Below the pieces are notes generated by a model. It was not told where the DNA came from and ran no database searches. It saw only the letters and a list, made by a program, of their open reading frames with translations. Below, piece after piece: positions 41,442-57,539 of a stretch of DNA of 64,000 nt. This DNA comes from Octopus vulgaris (Eukaryota): contig OX597820.1 in NCBI GenBank assembly GCA_951406725.2, positions 56,916,001 to 56,980,000 of the forward strand, written 5' to 3'. The translations under genes and the position numbers were made by a program. Within the stretch, counting starts at the first letter, position 1. The number at the start of each line of letters is the position of its first letter.

Positions 41442-42751
41442 TTTATAATCGACATTGCCGCCTCTCGCTAAAGTTGTTGGTCTTGTTCTAAAATTTGAAA
41501 CAATTATTGTTATTATTGTTATTATTATTGCTGTTGTTGTTGTACCTTTGTCACTTTTTAATTGAAATTATATTTCTTTATTTCACCTAAACCGAATCGA
41601 TTGAACAAAAGAGCCGGTCTCTTAAATTCAAGAAGATAAGACTCTTTTGTTAGTACTCAGACAGCCATAAACTATGTCTAATGCTAAATGTTTGAAACGT
41701 TTTTACATATTTTGACTTTACAGCTTCTCGGCTTTGTTTGGAAAACTAAGATAAACAGCTTTTGTGAGGAGGAAAGGGCGTTTTTTAAAATTTTTTAGGG
41801 GTTTATTTGATCTCTTTTTACTTTCTTACTTTCATTGAAAACCTGAAATTGTAAAGATTAAACAATAAAACATTCGGTTACGCAAAAAATGTCTAAGTGA
41901 ATCAGTAATTATAAGTATGGATTGATAAATTTATTATGGTTATTTATATATCAATAGACTATTCATAGCCGTCTTTTCCTTGATTTATGTGTATGCGTAA
42001 CATTCATTTCAATTAAACCACTGACTTCTAAAACCGTTCCTCCACTTTATTATTATTATTTTGTCACACAACAACATTAGTTGTCTTTTTCTTGTTTTAT
42101 AATATTTTTTAACAATTGTTGTTTAAAACTAGAAAGTTTCACCGTATTTCTCTCCATTCAAAGTTGTTGATTTGTTCTGTATAATTGTCTGGTGATCTTA
42201 TTTCTTTCAATACGCCTACGAGGCTTGTACTTTTTGCGAACATATATATATATATTATATTTGTTAGAATTTATGTGCACATGATAAATATTAACAGTAT
42301 TGTTATTTATTGTTGTGTAAGTCTAGGTCAACGTTGACTGAATAGACCAATGATCAAAGACATTTCAGCCATGAACATCTCGTCGTATTACAGGTATCTA
42401 CGACTAATGTATTTATCTGTCTTTAAAGACAATGGCGTATGATTTTAGGGGGATTTTATTGCTATATCTAGCATATTCAGCGACTAGGTAGATACTACTT
42501 CATTGGTTCAGTACACTCTTATGTCACATAATGCTAATTAATGAATCAACCTTAAGAGTTCCACCACTTTCTTCCAAAGCTATTCTTTAAGGTTTTTCAA
42601 CCAACCTCTTCTCGATCTTGTAATACCTCTTTTACCACAGTTATAACTTTTTGAAATATTCAAAGAATTTAATGATATTATTTAAAAACCCGACAATAAA
42701 CTTGAAATAATGAACAGTTTCAATGATGTATCATTGCCTCAATCTAAGGTA

Positions 42752-42820
42752 TTGAGTTGTCCGGAAATTTTGTGCCTATTAATAGTAGCTTACCTTTCGA
42801 CTTAATTTAGAACATGGGTG
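42752..42820 (+). mobile_element. Solo 5' end of the same mariner family
   Basis: TA-TTGAGTTGTCCGGAAATTTTGTGCC...AGTAGCTTACCTTTCGACTT matches the reverse complement of 32425-32493. Confidence 0.85.
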
Positions 42821-43517
42821 CATGTGCGTGTGTGTGTGTGTGTGTTTACCGATTAGTTAAGGAGAGAGGAGAGAGAGAAAAATATTAAAAGAAAGAGAGG
42901 TGAGGGCGGATACAATGACCCTTTTTCGGTGCCTTCGAGACTGGTTGAGAAAAGAACGTAAGTCAAATTGGAGGAATGGTCTAAATGCCTGGGACAGAGT
43001 AGACACTCAAGAACTTGGTAACAGAATTAAACGGAGCGGCAGATTAACTCTGTCGTTTCTCCATAACTACTTACAGACATCGACGATCATGAAACCCAGT
43101 AACAAAATCTGGGGTCTCATGATTTTCCTTGCAAAAGAGAAAGCCGTGTTTTCTCGTGGCAAGTTTACTTATAATTTACTCAGTACCTTTTCAGCTTACC
43201 CTTGCGGTATAAGTTTTCTTAAACTCTTACGCAGGAAGACTGATTCACATGACATCAGGCATGTCCACACACCGCGGGCCTGTCTGATACATGTCTAAGC
43301 ACAAACCTCCACCGTGTCCTATATGCCTTAGTCACAGAACCATCTCCAGCTTTTTAACCCATAAGTTGTGCCCTTGACAGATACTACCACACCGTGTCAG
43401 AGCAGACCCGAAGGTAGCGAAGACTTGATAACAAGATGCCAAAATTTCTAACTTATATAATAATCAATTAATATTCTACTTCTGGTATTGACTACTCTTT
43501 CACAGTTCATCACCACA

Positions 43518-43608
<91 letters not shown>

Positions 43609-43668
43609 AATACATATATAAATACACACACACATATATGTATGTATTTATATACATACATATATATA

Positions 43669-43880
43669 TTGTGACCGCGTGGTACCGTTGGCGATTTTTT
43701 TCCCTCCGTCTTCCCTTCTCTGGTTCTTTCCTTTTCCTATGTTTCTGACGAAGAGCTCCGCTCGAAACGTAAAGCCCTCCTTCCCTTCCTTCCTGAGCGT
43801 CTAATAATACTATATGTGTTCCACCTCCTCGCGTTGTTGTGTTTTCTCTTTGTGTTTTCATGTTTGGATTAACTTTATAT
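43669..43880 (+). mobile_element. Penelope-like pLTR fragment with minimal hammerhead core
   Basis: CTGACGA-A-GAGC-TCC-GCTC-GAAAC-GTA at 43745-43771; flanked by (TA)n; related copy at 17950-18078. Confidence 0.6.
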
Positions 43881-43953
43881 ATAATTATATATATGTATGT
43901 ATATATATATATATACATGTATAGTTGTGTCTTGGAAGGGACATTATGCCAGT

Positions 43954-44178
43954 AATAATAAACATGCGCACTTTTTTATTGTTAGGTCAATCAGTTAAAT
44001 ATCTAACTTAATCGATCGTTTGTTTAATGTGTTGATTGGTTAAACAATCAATCGGTTGCTTATTTAACCAGCCAACACATTAAACAAAGGATTGATTAGT
44101 TTGTTGGTTATATATTAAACCGATTGACTGACCTAACAGTGAAGAAGTGGTATTGAACCAATGTGTGTGTTTATTGTT
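43954..44178. repeat. Long imperfect fold-back inverted repeat
   Basis: 26-bp inner arms (44019-44044 / 44063-44088, 24/26); outer arms GTTAGGTCAATCA / TGACTGACCTAAC. Confidence 0.85.
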
Positions 44179-45319
44179 GTTAGTGTAATGACCCTACTAA
44201 GATAAGATTTGCATCAACGCAAGAATTCACATCAAGAATTTTATAAATCAAAAACGAAGTATATGTGTGTGCGCGTGTATGTGTGTAGGTGCGCGCGCGT
44301 GTGTGTGTGTACACATGCACTCTCCTTTCTAGTTCACCCGAGGTTTTCAAAACCTTACACACCTTGGGAACCTTTACGTGGTCACCTGTTCTGCTAGAAA
44401 GTGTAGCCACAACATTCCTCTACATCAAATCTTCGCATCTGAAATAATAAAACAATATATAGGGTAACGCTATCCCTACATGAGCAGTAAAAGGAGGCAT
44501 GGTCACGGCTGGAATGCTTTTGATCTTAGATCTGCTGGATAAAGGTTGACCTAGAGAATACACAGCAACGACAACAGCATCATCATCAGTAACAACATCA
44601 ACAATTAACAATCCATTAATTGTTGATGTTGTTGTACTATAAAACAACAAAACATACAACCACACAAACACGTACTTTAACGCACACACACACACTCGTG
44701 CACATACACACATGTACACACACACACACACACGTGCATATACACACACAAATCAAGAAAAAAGAAAGAAATTGCAATACATACATTCCTCCATCTCATT
44801 CGTTTTTCTCTCCATTCTGTAAAAAGAAAAAAAAATGATTATTTTGCTCATTAATAAAGAACACACGCATTTTTGAAGTAGTTATTTTCTAAATATAATT
44901 TGTTTATCAGCGGCGGTCTCAGTGTGACAAACAACTGTTCTCTATGCCGTTGTTCAGCATTGATCTTAGACTCATTCTACCTTGTTTTTATTTCCGTTTT
45001 AGTTCGGTATTATTGATGTTATTATTGATGTGAACACTACCACCGGTTTTGCAAACTCCCACCATTAGACTTGCCTTTTCTTTCGTCGTTTTACTTTCAC
45101 TTTCATTATTTCGGTCTTTGTTTGTTTGTGTGGATAAGGATCGAATGTTTCTTGAGTAATCAATCGAATATTACAGCTATTTTGATAGTGATACGGATGC
45201 TGATATATTATCGCATATTGATTCTTTGCTGAGGGGAAAAGTTTCTCATTGTCATAGCCTCTAGCTTTACTCTAAGTCGCTACCAATATCCTTTGGTACA
45301 ATGTGGATTACGCATGTGC

Positions 45320-45387
<68 letters not shown>

Positions 45388-45944
45388 CTGACGTATAAGT
45401 GTATGTATTAGCCTTTCATCCTTCGGAAGTCGATAAAATACCAATCAAATGCTGTAGTCGATTCAATCGACTAACCCGACCCCCACATTATGCTGTTGGC
45501 CTTAAATATATGCTTGAGATTATTATTATTATTATTATTGTTATTATTGTTATTATTATTATTGTTATTATTATTATTGTTATTATTATTGTTATTGTTA
45601 TTATTATTATTATTGTTATTATTATTATCATCATCATCATCATTAAGGCTGCGTGCTCATAGAATCGTGTTAGCGCGCCGAGGGAAATGCTTAGCAGTAT
45701 TTCGTCTGCCGCTACGTTCTGAGTTCAAATTCCGCCGAGGTCGACTTTGCCTTTCAAGTGAACGATATTTCAACATCACGTGTGTCTTCTACAGGTTCAA
45801 GAAATAAACGTGTCAATCTACTTCATTTTGGTTAATATTTATAGGATTGAGGTAACTCCTCCAGAAGATATAGAGTCAAAATTAAAAGAAGAGTGCCATT
45901 GTCATCTAGTGAATGATATTTCGACATCTCGTGTGTGTGTTATT

Positions 45945-46830
45945 ATTTTATTTCTCAGAACTCTCGGTCTTACTTGCTCTAGTTGATTCTGTGATAGCGG
46001 ACAGTAACTTGTTGTCAGAGGTCTCACAGGTTCTATTTCCGCAAATCATAATCTTTGGTATTTGGGTGTTAACTTATCGTTAAAAGCACTCAACATTTAA
46101 GTACCAATCTCAGAATCCTAGGTGTCCCCAATAGAGCAGGTTTTGGGGGGTTTGCTCTACCTTCATGTTAATTCTAATTTCTCTGACATATGTCTCGAAC
46201 CTGCTTGTTAGTGCTCCGAGTGTCCCTACAACTACTGGGATAACAGTTACTCTCCTCGTTCTCCACATTCTTGAAATTTCGTCTTTTAGTAGTCTGTATT
46301 ATTCCATCTTTTCTAGCTCTTTGTCATCTTCGCGTGCATCTCTAGTCATGGCAATATCTATTATCTCAGTTTCTTTTTTTTCTTTTATCTACCACAACAA
46401 TTTCTTGTCTCCGAGCATCGATTAGGGCAGTGGTTTTCAACCAGGATTCCGCCAGTACAGTCCAGGGGTTCCGCAAGAAGTTACAAAACTGCTAAAATCG
46501 GCAGTAATTTTTAATTCTCCTGTGCAGATATGTGTGCATAAGACAATTAAGTTATTGCACAGGGGTTCCTCGAGCCAGTGGAATGTTTCCTTGGGGTTCC
46601 TCTCCAGCAAAAAGGTTGAAAAGCACTGGATTAGGGAGTCACACTGGATTGTAAAATCCCACAGGATCTTATATTCATTGTTCTCGGTGACGCCCTCTGG
46701 TTCCTGTTTGTATCATTTCTGTGTTCTGCCCAGACCGTACTTTTCACACAGTCTCCAGTGAACAAACTTAGCCATGCTATCATGCTTCCTTTTGCAGTGC
46801 TTTTGGGCCAACTATGCTACACTCGCTTAC
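45945..46830 (-). mobile_element. Old degenerate R4/Dong-type RLE LINE 3' fragment
   Basis: KHDSMAKFVHWRLC..KILWDFTIQCDSLIDARR..ELEKME*YRLLKDEISRMW..VIPVVVGTLG..ALLGTPRILR; contains stop codons. Confidence 0.85.
46428..46628. mobile_element. hAT MITE, 201 bp
   Basis: TIR CAGTGGTTTTCAACC / GGTTGAAAAGCACTG (14/15); perfect 8-bp TSD GATTAGGG at 46420-46427 and 46629-46636. Confidence 0.93.
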
Positions 46831-47077
46831 ACATCTTACAAAGGGGTGATGCATTGCTCTTAGCTCTTTGGAACTAGGTATACTTAGTTCCCAGAGTTTG
46901 ATCCTGAGTACTGCATATCATTGCTCGGTGTTTCCTTTCAAATAATTTTTTCTTAATCATTTCCAAGTGTTGATATTGTCTTTCCCTTCGATTTCTCTGA
47001 GGTATTGACCATGCATTGTTAAAAAAATTAGCTACGTTATTGTGCCTCTTTTTGCAACGCTTTTGCAAACTTAGCCA

Positions 47078-49424
<2,347 letters not shown>

Positions 49425-49504
<80 letters not shown>

Positions 49505-49547
49505 TTTATCATTATTATTATTATTATTATTATTTTTATCATTATCA

Positions 49548-49579
<32 letters not shown>

Positions 49580-49638
49580 TTTATCATTATCATTTTTATT
49601 ATTATTATTATTATTATTATTTTTATCATTATTATTAC

Positions 49639-49678
<40 letters not shown>

Positions 49679-49697
49679 GTTATTATTATTATTATTA
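49425..49697. repeat. (TAA)n tract with variant units
   Basis: Direct inspection. Confidence 0.95.
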
Positions 49698-49925
49698 CTC
49701 CTTCGTAACACAGTGTAGGTAAGATTGCACCGGACTCTTTAGTCATCTTGTCAAGCCACAACAACGACCTCAAACAGATAATACTTTCCTTAAGATGTGC
49801 GCTGTGCCCAATAAGGCTGCTTTTTGCAAGACCTCCATCTTGCATGGGATTTCCAGTTGCCTTAAGAAGTCTTGAAGTTTGAATGGGATTGAGCCCAATG
49901 CTCCGATCACCACTGGTGTAATTTA
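49698..49925 (-). mobile_element. Short 3' end of a different R4/Dong-type family
   Basis: [50 protein letters not shown] plus a short UTR running into (TAA)n. Confidence 0.85.
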
Positions 49926-49978
49926 CATTTCAAATACTCAAATATGAGACATACACGCACGAACACATACGCATCCAT

Positions 49979-50094
<116 letters not shown>

Positions 50095-50364
50095 ATTCAT
50101 ACTTATATACATTTATATACACAAACACATACACACATACATATATATATATGCATGCACAGACAGTTTACCATAGCTGTTACGCGGTTTGCAAGTACTA
50201 TAATTATTATTAGATAAAAGCATTAGAATTTGTTATATTGAAGCTGAATGTTCAGAATGATTTCGTTCTGCCATCGTATAAGGTGGCAGTGGCAATTTTC
50301 TGGGTACCAATTGACTAATTTCGAGATATAAATCACCTGGAAACAAAGCTAATGACATACTCAC

Positions 50365-50544
50365 AGCTGGCATATTTTTGGTAACATGTCTATCCAAAAT
50401 GGCTGGCCTGTGACAAAAAATAACGCTCCTACCAACACTTTTCCAGACAAAAACAACAATGCAATAGAGAAACCGCCAAGTGGCCACTTGACGTGCTAGA
50501 CACAACATGAAAATCTCCTTCAAGGGGAAGGACACGGTATATAC
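50365..50544 (-). CDS. Candidate host-gene exon, 180 bp, product unknown (may be partly 5' UTR)
   Basis: Acceptor TTTTTTTTCTTTTCCCCTTAG| and donor GCT|GTGAGT; one open frame, VYTVSFPLKEIFMLCLARQVATWRFLYCIVVFVWKSVGRSVIFCHRPAILDRHVTKNMPA; non-repetitive sequence. Confidence 0.5.
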
Positions 50545-51100
50545 CTAAGGGGAAAAGAAAAAAAAAAGGAAAAAAATAACAGAATGCCATTTGTTATTAC
50601 AATTCAATTGAAAAATTATTTTACAATGTTATCATATCATAACTTATGACAGTTAGTTATAGAAAGCACACACACACGGACATATTTACACACTCACATT
50701 TACACAAACGTATATACACATACACAAATACATTCATACGTACACACACACACACACAGATATACTTATATCTGTGTTATGTGTATGTATGCGTACACAC
50801 ACACTCACATACGAACATATAAGTAATTATATGTATGCATGCATGTATACATGTATATATGTATGTATATATATATATATATATATATATCTGTGCGTAT
50901 ATGTATGTGTCTACATGTATACATGTATGTGTCTCTATATATATATGTGTGTATCTGTGTGTGAATATGTGTGTATGTGTTTGTATTAGTATGTAACAGG
51001 TGTATTATATACTCACGCACGCGTACACTCACAAGGACTAATACACAAATACACACGCACAGATACGCACTCTCACACATAAACGCATACACGCACACTG

Positions 51101-51145
<45 letters not shown>

Positions 51146-51871
51146 CTATTTCTTCCTTACACGCACGTCCTATAACACTTAAAAAGACGCTAAGTCGAAT
51201 ATACATTTAGATTTAGATCTATGATTTATTAGAGGCAATATGCAATTGAAAGCAACCAGTATCCGTTGTAATATCCAAAAATGGACACATGACAAATTAC
51301 ACAACATATATCTACGTACGTATGTATATTTGTATGCACCTATGTATGCATGAATCTATGTATGTATGTGTCTGTTCACACACTTATGTTCACACGTATA
51401 TACGTTCGTGTTACATTCTACGAAATCTCCACTCAATACCTCAATGCTTTATTGTTCACAACTTATTTCCTAAAAATAACTGCCACTCTCAACAGCTCTG
51501 GTTGTCAAGTGTTGTCTCAAAACAGGATATTCATAGTTCTATAATAATAGCGAACAATTGCACCAAATAATAATATATCTTCTAATGTTTTCACCAAAAC
51601 TGATTCGACTATTTTACCCCTCCAACCCCACCCCAAACCCACTCCCCTCCGCTGCCACTCTTCACTGCTTTTCTTTTTCCCATGCTCTTTCTTTCCTATT
51701 ATAAATCCGCTTGCCAAAATAACGTTTCGTTAATAGTGTAAACTTGACACACACACACAAGGCAAACGTGGCAGAGACATGGTTGAGCGCTTCAGAAGTT
51801 TACTTCGCGATCGTGTGACTCCAGATTCAATCCCATTGCACATCGTCTTCGAGCTGTCTATTCTACCATGC

Positions 51872-51955
<84 letters not shown>

Positions 51956-51968
51956 AAAAAAAGTTTTT

Positions 51969-52132
51969 CTTTCTGTGATACACGATCCCTTTTGATCGTT
52001 TTACTTTTTTTTCTCCGATCCCTTTCGATCGAAATTTTACATTTGTTTCCTTTTTTTTCCATCTTCGAAAAGAAAAGCTCTACATTTGTAATTGTCCCCT
52101 CTGTGTCCAGACCTGTGTGGCCAATAAAGAAA
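51969..52132 (+). mobile_element. LINE 3' UTR fragment (family of 30121-30529) in (CTAT)n
   Basis: TTTCTGTGATACACGATCCC...AAAAGAAAAGCTCT...TTGTCCCCTCTGTGT...AATAAAGAAA. Confidence 0.7.
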
Positions 52133-52179
52133 GTTATCTATCTATCTATCTATCTTTCTGACCGTGATATGCCACCTCT

Positions 52180-52239
<60 letters not shown>

Positions 52240-52299
52240 TGAAGTATATTTGCCACCTAAATGTGGCTGACCCATATGGGACGATGCTACTGTAGTTTA

Positions 52300-52603
52300 T
52301 AGCCCCAGGAAGACGAATATGAGTTCTTTCTGCTATGCATAGGTTGCATTTCTCAGATCCATTAACATATGCCTTGGATTTCTTCACTATTCTCCACTAA
52401 ATTGTAGTTGGTGTGGAGCTGCTCTTCAAATAGCATACGTGGCTAACCAACTTAGTTGTATTACTTTTATCGATGTGCGGGAAGGAAGACATGTGGCTTG
52501 CATAACGTCTCTTGAATTCGACCTCACATGACCCGATGTAATTCTCCTTTTCAATTGCTTTGTCTTGGAGCGTAGCTGTAACTTCAACCTCATATATTTG
52601 ATT
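52300..52603 (-). mobile_element. Penelope-like GIY-YIG endonuclease relic
   Basis: NQIYEVEV..ENYIGSCEVEFKRRYASHMSSF..*WRIVKKSKAYVNGSEKCNLCIAERTHI. Confidence 0.8.
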
Positions 52604-52834
52604 TCGTTTCTTTTTTTCTAGTTCTATTTTTTACACAAAACTTCATCACGTTTTTTTCCAGTTTTTTTTTTTTACTAATTTTCTCACTGTCCAGCGTTCT
52701 TGTTTTTAAAATATATATAACGCATAAATAGAGCATGAAAGATTGCTTTAAGATACCTGGTTTATTTTATAGATATGCCTGTTCAGGTATCATAAAAGCA
52801 TGAAACTATTATTAACTCTTTCGTTGTGCATGAA

Positions 52835-52888
<54 letters not shown>

Positions 52889-52989
52889 TATGACTTTCGG
52901 AAGTGATAAAGTACTGCGGTCCAGGCTATCGACTTACCTACCTCAAATTGCTAGCTTTGTGCATAAAACAGAAACCATTATTATTAATA

Positions 52990-53204
52990 TACTTTTCTAC
53001 TCTAGGCACAAGGCCTGAAATTTGGGGGGAGGGGGCCAGTTGATTAGATCGATCGCAGTGTGCAACTGGCCCTTAATTTATCGACCCCAAAAGAATAAAT
53101 GGCAAAGTCGACCTCGGCGGAATTTGAACTCAGAACGTAACAGTAGACTAAATACGGCTACACATTTCGTCCGGCGTGCTAACTTTTCTACCAGCTCGCC
53201 GCCT
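52990..53204 (-). mobile_element. Family A SINE
   Basis: Reverse-complement core and head. Confidence 0.8.
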
Positions 53205-53587
53205 TCGTATTTGTTGTAATAATGAAGTCAAACCAAATATTTTGCATTTCTGTAACTGAGGAAGGTTTACGTAATGGTTACATTTCCGATTATATATTAA
53301 GCAAATTTGAAATGTACGTATTAAATGATTTCAAAATATCACTATTTAGTTTGACTTCATTCTTATAACGTATACACTCAGTCACTCACACACACATACA
53401 CACCGCTAGGCCTCACTCTGTTATTGCTATCCAAATTCATTTCGTTATCCACTTTGAATTATTTCTCTGGGATTCTTGCCTCCTCTCCATTTAAATTATG
53501 CAAACTATCCTACGCCATAAATGTTCTCAACTCTTTCGGTATATGTGAGGCCGAAGTTAGGCTAAAGCTATGCTGGGCTTATGGCCG

Positions 53588-53627
<40 letters not shown>

Positions 53628-53764
53628 TCATTCTACGACGGCTTTGGTTGGCCTGAGGCTATAGTAGAAGACACTTGCCCAAGGTGCTACACAGTGGGAC
53701 TGAACCCGGAACCATGTGGTTGGTAAGCAAGCTACTTACCACATATCCACTCTATGTATGTATG

Positions 53765-53864
<100 letters not shown>

Positions 53865-54537
53865 TAAATTAGATAGATGGATGGATAGATAATTTTGAAG
53901 ACAGGAAACTCACTTTGAAATGTAGAGCCTATTAATGTTATTCAAATACTGTTTTAATAATCGACTGTATTAACAATCAAATGCTGCATTAACATTCGAT
54001 TGGTTCAACGGATAATGATATTAATCCATCTTCATTCTGTGAACGACGCAAAGAAATCTGGAATTACCACCCAGGCTATATATTCAAATTCTTGAGAAAA
54101 TTCGATGGAGAATTTGATTTATTGTTTTCATCCAAGATGGTGTCGTTAAGTTCCTAGTATGATTGCAATGTACGCATATTTAAACCCGATTGTCACAGGA
54201 AGCAAATTAAATATTTTATAGACTGTTGTTTATCGTGATTTCCAAGTTGTATTTTTAGAATAATTTTGTTGAATCTTTTCTGAATCTATCGGCCTTAACG
54301 TGGCCGCCGTCTCTGTGAACTTCACCGTAGAATGGAAAAGAAAAAGATTTTTATTTCAGATTTAAAAAAAAGAACTTAGCAATAAAGTTTGAAATTTCTT
54401 GAGGATCTCTTGCACACAAGCTTCCATAAAAAATGTCTACTGTATCTTCGTTTATCGAAAATCAAGTAACACGGAGAGAAAAGAAATAGACATCTTTGAA
54501 TGTTAAAAGTTATATACTCTTATCCTTGACGGTTGTG

Positions 54538-54750
54538 GTGGTGCGTGGCTTAGTGGTTCGGGGTGTTGGATTTATGATCGCAAGACTGCGATTTCAATTC
54601 CTAGACCGAATGTTGTGTTCTTGAATAACAACACATCCTTTCACGTTACTCAGCTCGCAAAGGATGAGAAATCCTGTGACAGATCGGTGTCCTGTCCAAG
54701 TGGGGAATTTTTACACCATGGAGGTCGGAAAACCGGCCCATGTGAATCGG
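54538..54750 (+). mobile_element. Old tRNA-derived SINE with V-domain-like core
   Basis: TGGCTTAGTGGTT..ATTTCAATTCC head; ATCCTGTGACAGATCGGTGTCCTGTCCA resembles the V-SINE core. Confidence 0.5.
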
Positions 54751-57218
54751 CGTTTTAGTTTTGATGGTTGTAAAATGTTTCGTGAAATCGAGTGCATTTA
54801 AGTAAGTTTTGTTAGAGACGGATAGTAATCCACTACATCAAACTGTATGAAAAATTATTCTCTTTAATTTCTGTTACTTGAAAACCGACTAATTACAAGT
54901 CCTCTATTTTCCTGTGAGTTAGCCTGGACTTTCTCGTATTTCGTTATCGATTCTATCTAATATAATTTCGATCAAATCTCTCAAGTTCTACTTTCATAGG
55001 ATTACTGAGTCATATGGTATGATTATTCATAAATGTTGTTATTGCTGTTTCATAATGAGATACGATCTATTTCAATGAAGGATCTCTTCCTTGTTAACCT
55101 TATTCAGACTGGAGTTTATAAGCTTAACTTCCTTATTAATCGAATTCAATGTTTTACACTAGCTTTTGTTATTTTTGTTGATAACATTTTCCAATATGGC
55201 ATTGAAAGAATTGCATCCTGCTTCGTATTCCAGCATTTATCGGCTTCTCCATATTTCCACCCGATTTTCTGATATTCTTAAATTTCTTGGCGATATCTAT
55301 GTGAAAATTATTCAAAGAAATAACATATTAATATATAATACACATACATCGGTCAAGAATATAAAGCAAACATCAAGGAGAAAACAAATATTCGTTGCAA
55401 GAAAACTTTTGCGGTATTTGCTCTTTACCGAGTTCGATACACTCCCTCGTCATTCACGCCATCAGAAATACAGTGAACCGGTGATTGTATATGTGTGTAT
55501 AGACATATTTGCATATATTTATATATTGTATATGTATTTATTCACACATACATATATAGATTAATGCATAGATAGAAGGATGGATAACATATTTAATGCA
55601 GTTGGTGAGATCTCAAATATTACCGTATCATCTTAAAAACACATTGTCCTACCTTATTAAATACATATCCATAAATCTTTCTCCCCTTCTCTCTTTATCT
55701 TTTCCTGTCATTTTCTTTATTTCTGCCAATCCCCCACTCTCCCTTGTTTTATCTCCCTCCCTCTCTCCATATATATGTGCGTATCTGTGACTTTTTACCC
55801 CTTCACTTTTACAAACTCTCCTCACACACATAAGTGAGTGCACGGCATTCAAGATATTTTCAGATTAAAAGAACAAGCGAGACAAAGAGAACGAAAAAGC
55901 GAGAGCAAGATAGAGACAGAGAGGAGAGGAGGAAGAAGAAGAAGTGTAGAGCGAGAACGAAAATCCATTTACAAAACATTATTGGTACATTTTATTCGAT
56001 AAATTTAATGTCTCCTACATCAACTTCAAATTCTCATCAATATGAAATATAGATTTATCAATCCTCTACAACATGTCCACCGTTACAGCTCTGCTTCTCA
56101 CAGGTTTTTAAGAATAACCTTTTAGTGTTTTTTCTTCATCTCACTCGCACGCAATCGAATGCAACAGTATTCTTTGATTGGGTTGTGTAAATTGATTTAT
56201 ATTTATTCTCAGAGTGACGCCTAAACTACGCCTTTTCTCACAAAGCAGGCGGATGGATGCTTGTTGTAACTCTAGTCACGTTTTTTTTATTTTTATTTTT
56301 TGCTCGCTGTTTTTCTTTTAATATTTTATTTTTATATATTTTTGTTTTGTAATTGGTCCCGTTTCATTGTGACGTAACGAACAAAAAGGAAGTATTTTTG
56401 AAAAATCATACTCATAAATTTTCTTTAATGTATTTAGAAATTTCAAAAATACCAGCATAATAGAACATCAGTGAAGATCCATGAGAATCTTACTTCAATT
56501 AGAGCAGGGAAAACATATCAAAGTGAGAGAGAAAAAGAGAAAGGCTGAAAGAGAGATGAGAGCAGAGAAGGGAAAGGGAGAGAAAAGAAAATGAGGAGAA
56601 TAAGGAAGAGAGAGAGAGAGAGAGAGGAGAGTACAAGGAGAGCAATGAAGACAGAGGGGAAGAGTTAGAAAATAGAAGAAAAGAGAGAGTACGTGGAGGA
56701 TGTGTAAATATCCATATATGTGAATGTATGTACGCATGTATGTATGTGCCTCAGTATGTATACACTTGCATATGTGTGTTTGTATATATGTATGCGTTCA
56801 AATGTGCATTATGTGATTTCGTCTGTTCACGTATGTATGTATATACGTATGTATATACTTACGCATATAGGTATGTATGTATGTATGTATGTATGTATAT
56901 ACGTATGTATGTATATACGTGTGTATGCGTATGTAAGGATGTATCTATGCATACGTATGTATTTATGCATATATTTATATGTTCGCACGTACGCATACGA
57001 ATGTATGCGTATGTGTGTATATATGAATGTAGTCATTTATGTATTCCTGTGTATACACACACACACTCACACATATATATGTATATACATGAGTCTGTGC
57101 GTGTGTGTATACATACATACAAACATACATATGCATGTATGTATTCATATATGTATGTATATATACAAACGTGTACATGTATTCGCATATGTATATGTAT
57201 ACACGTACATATCTATCT

Positions 57219-57539
<321 letters not shown>

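Noticed and set aside
42900-43298. 132-aa non-repetitive ORF with faint piggyBac-like KP..WG..YN spacing
   Set aside because: Similarity too weak to call without a search; no splice signals identified.
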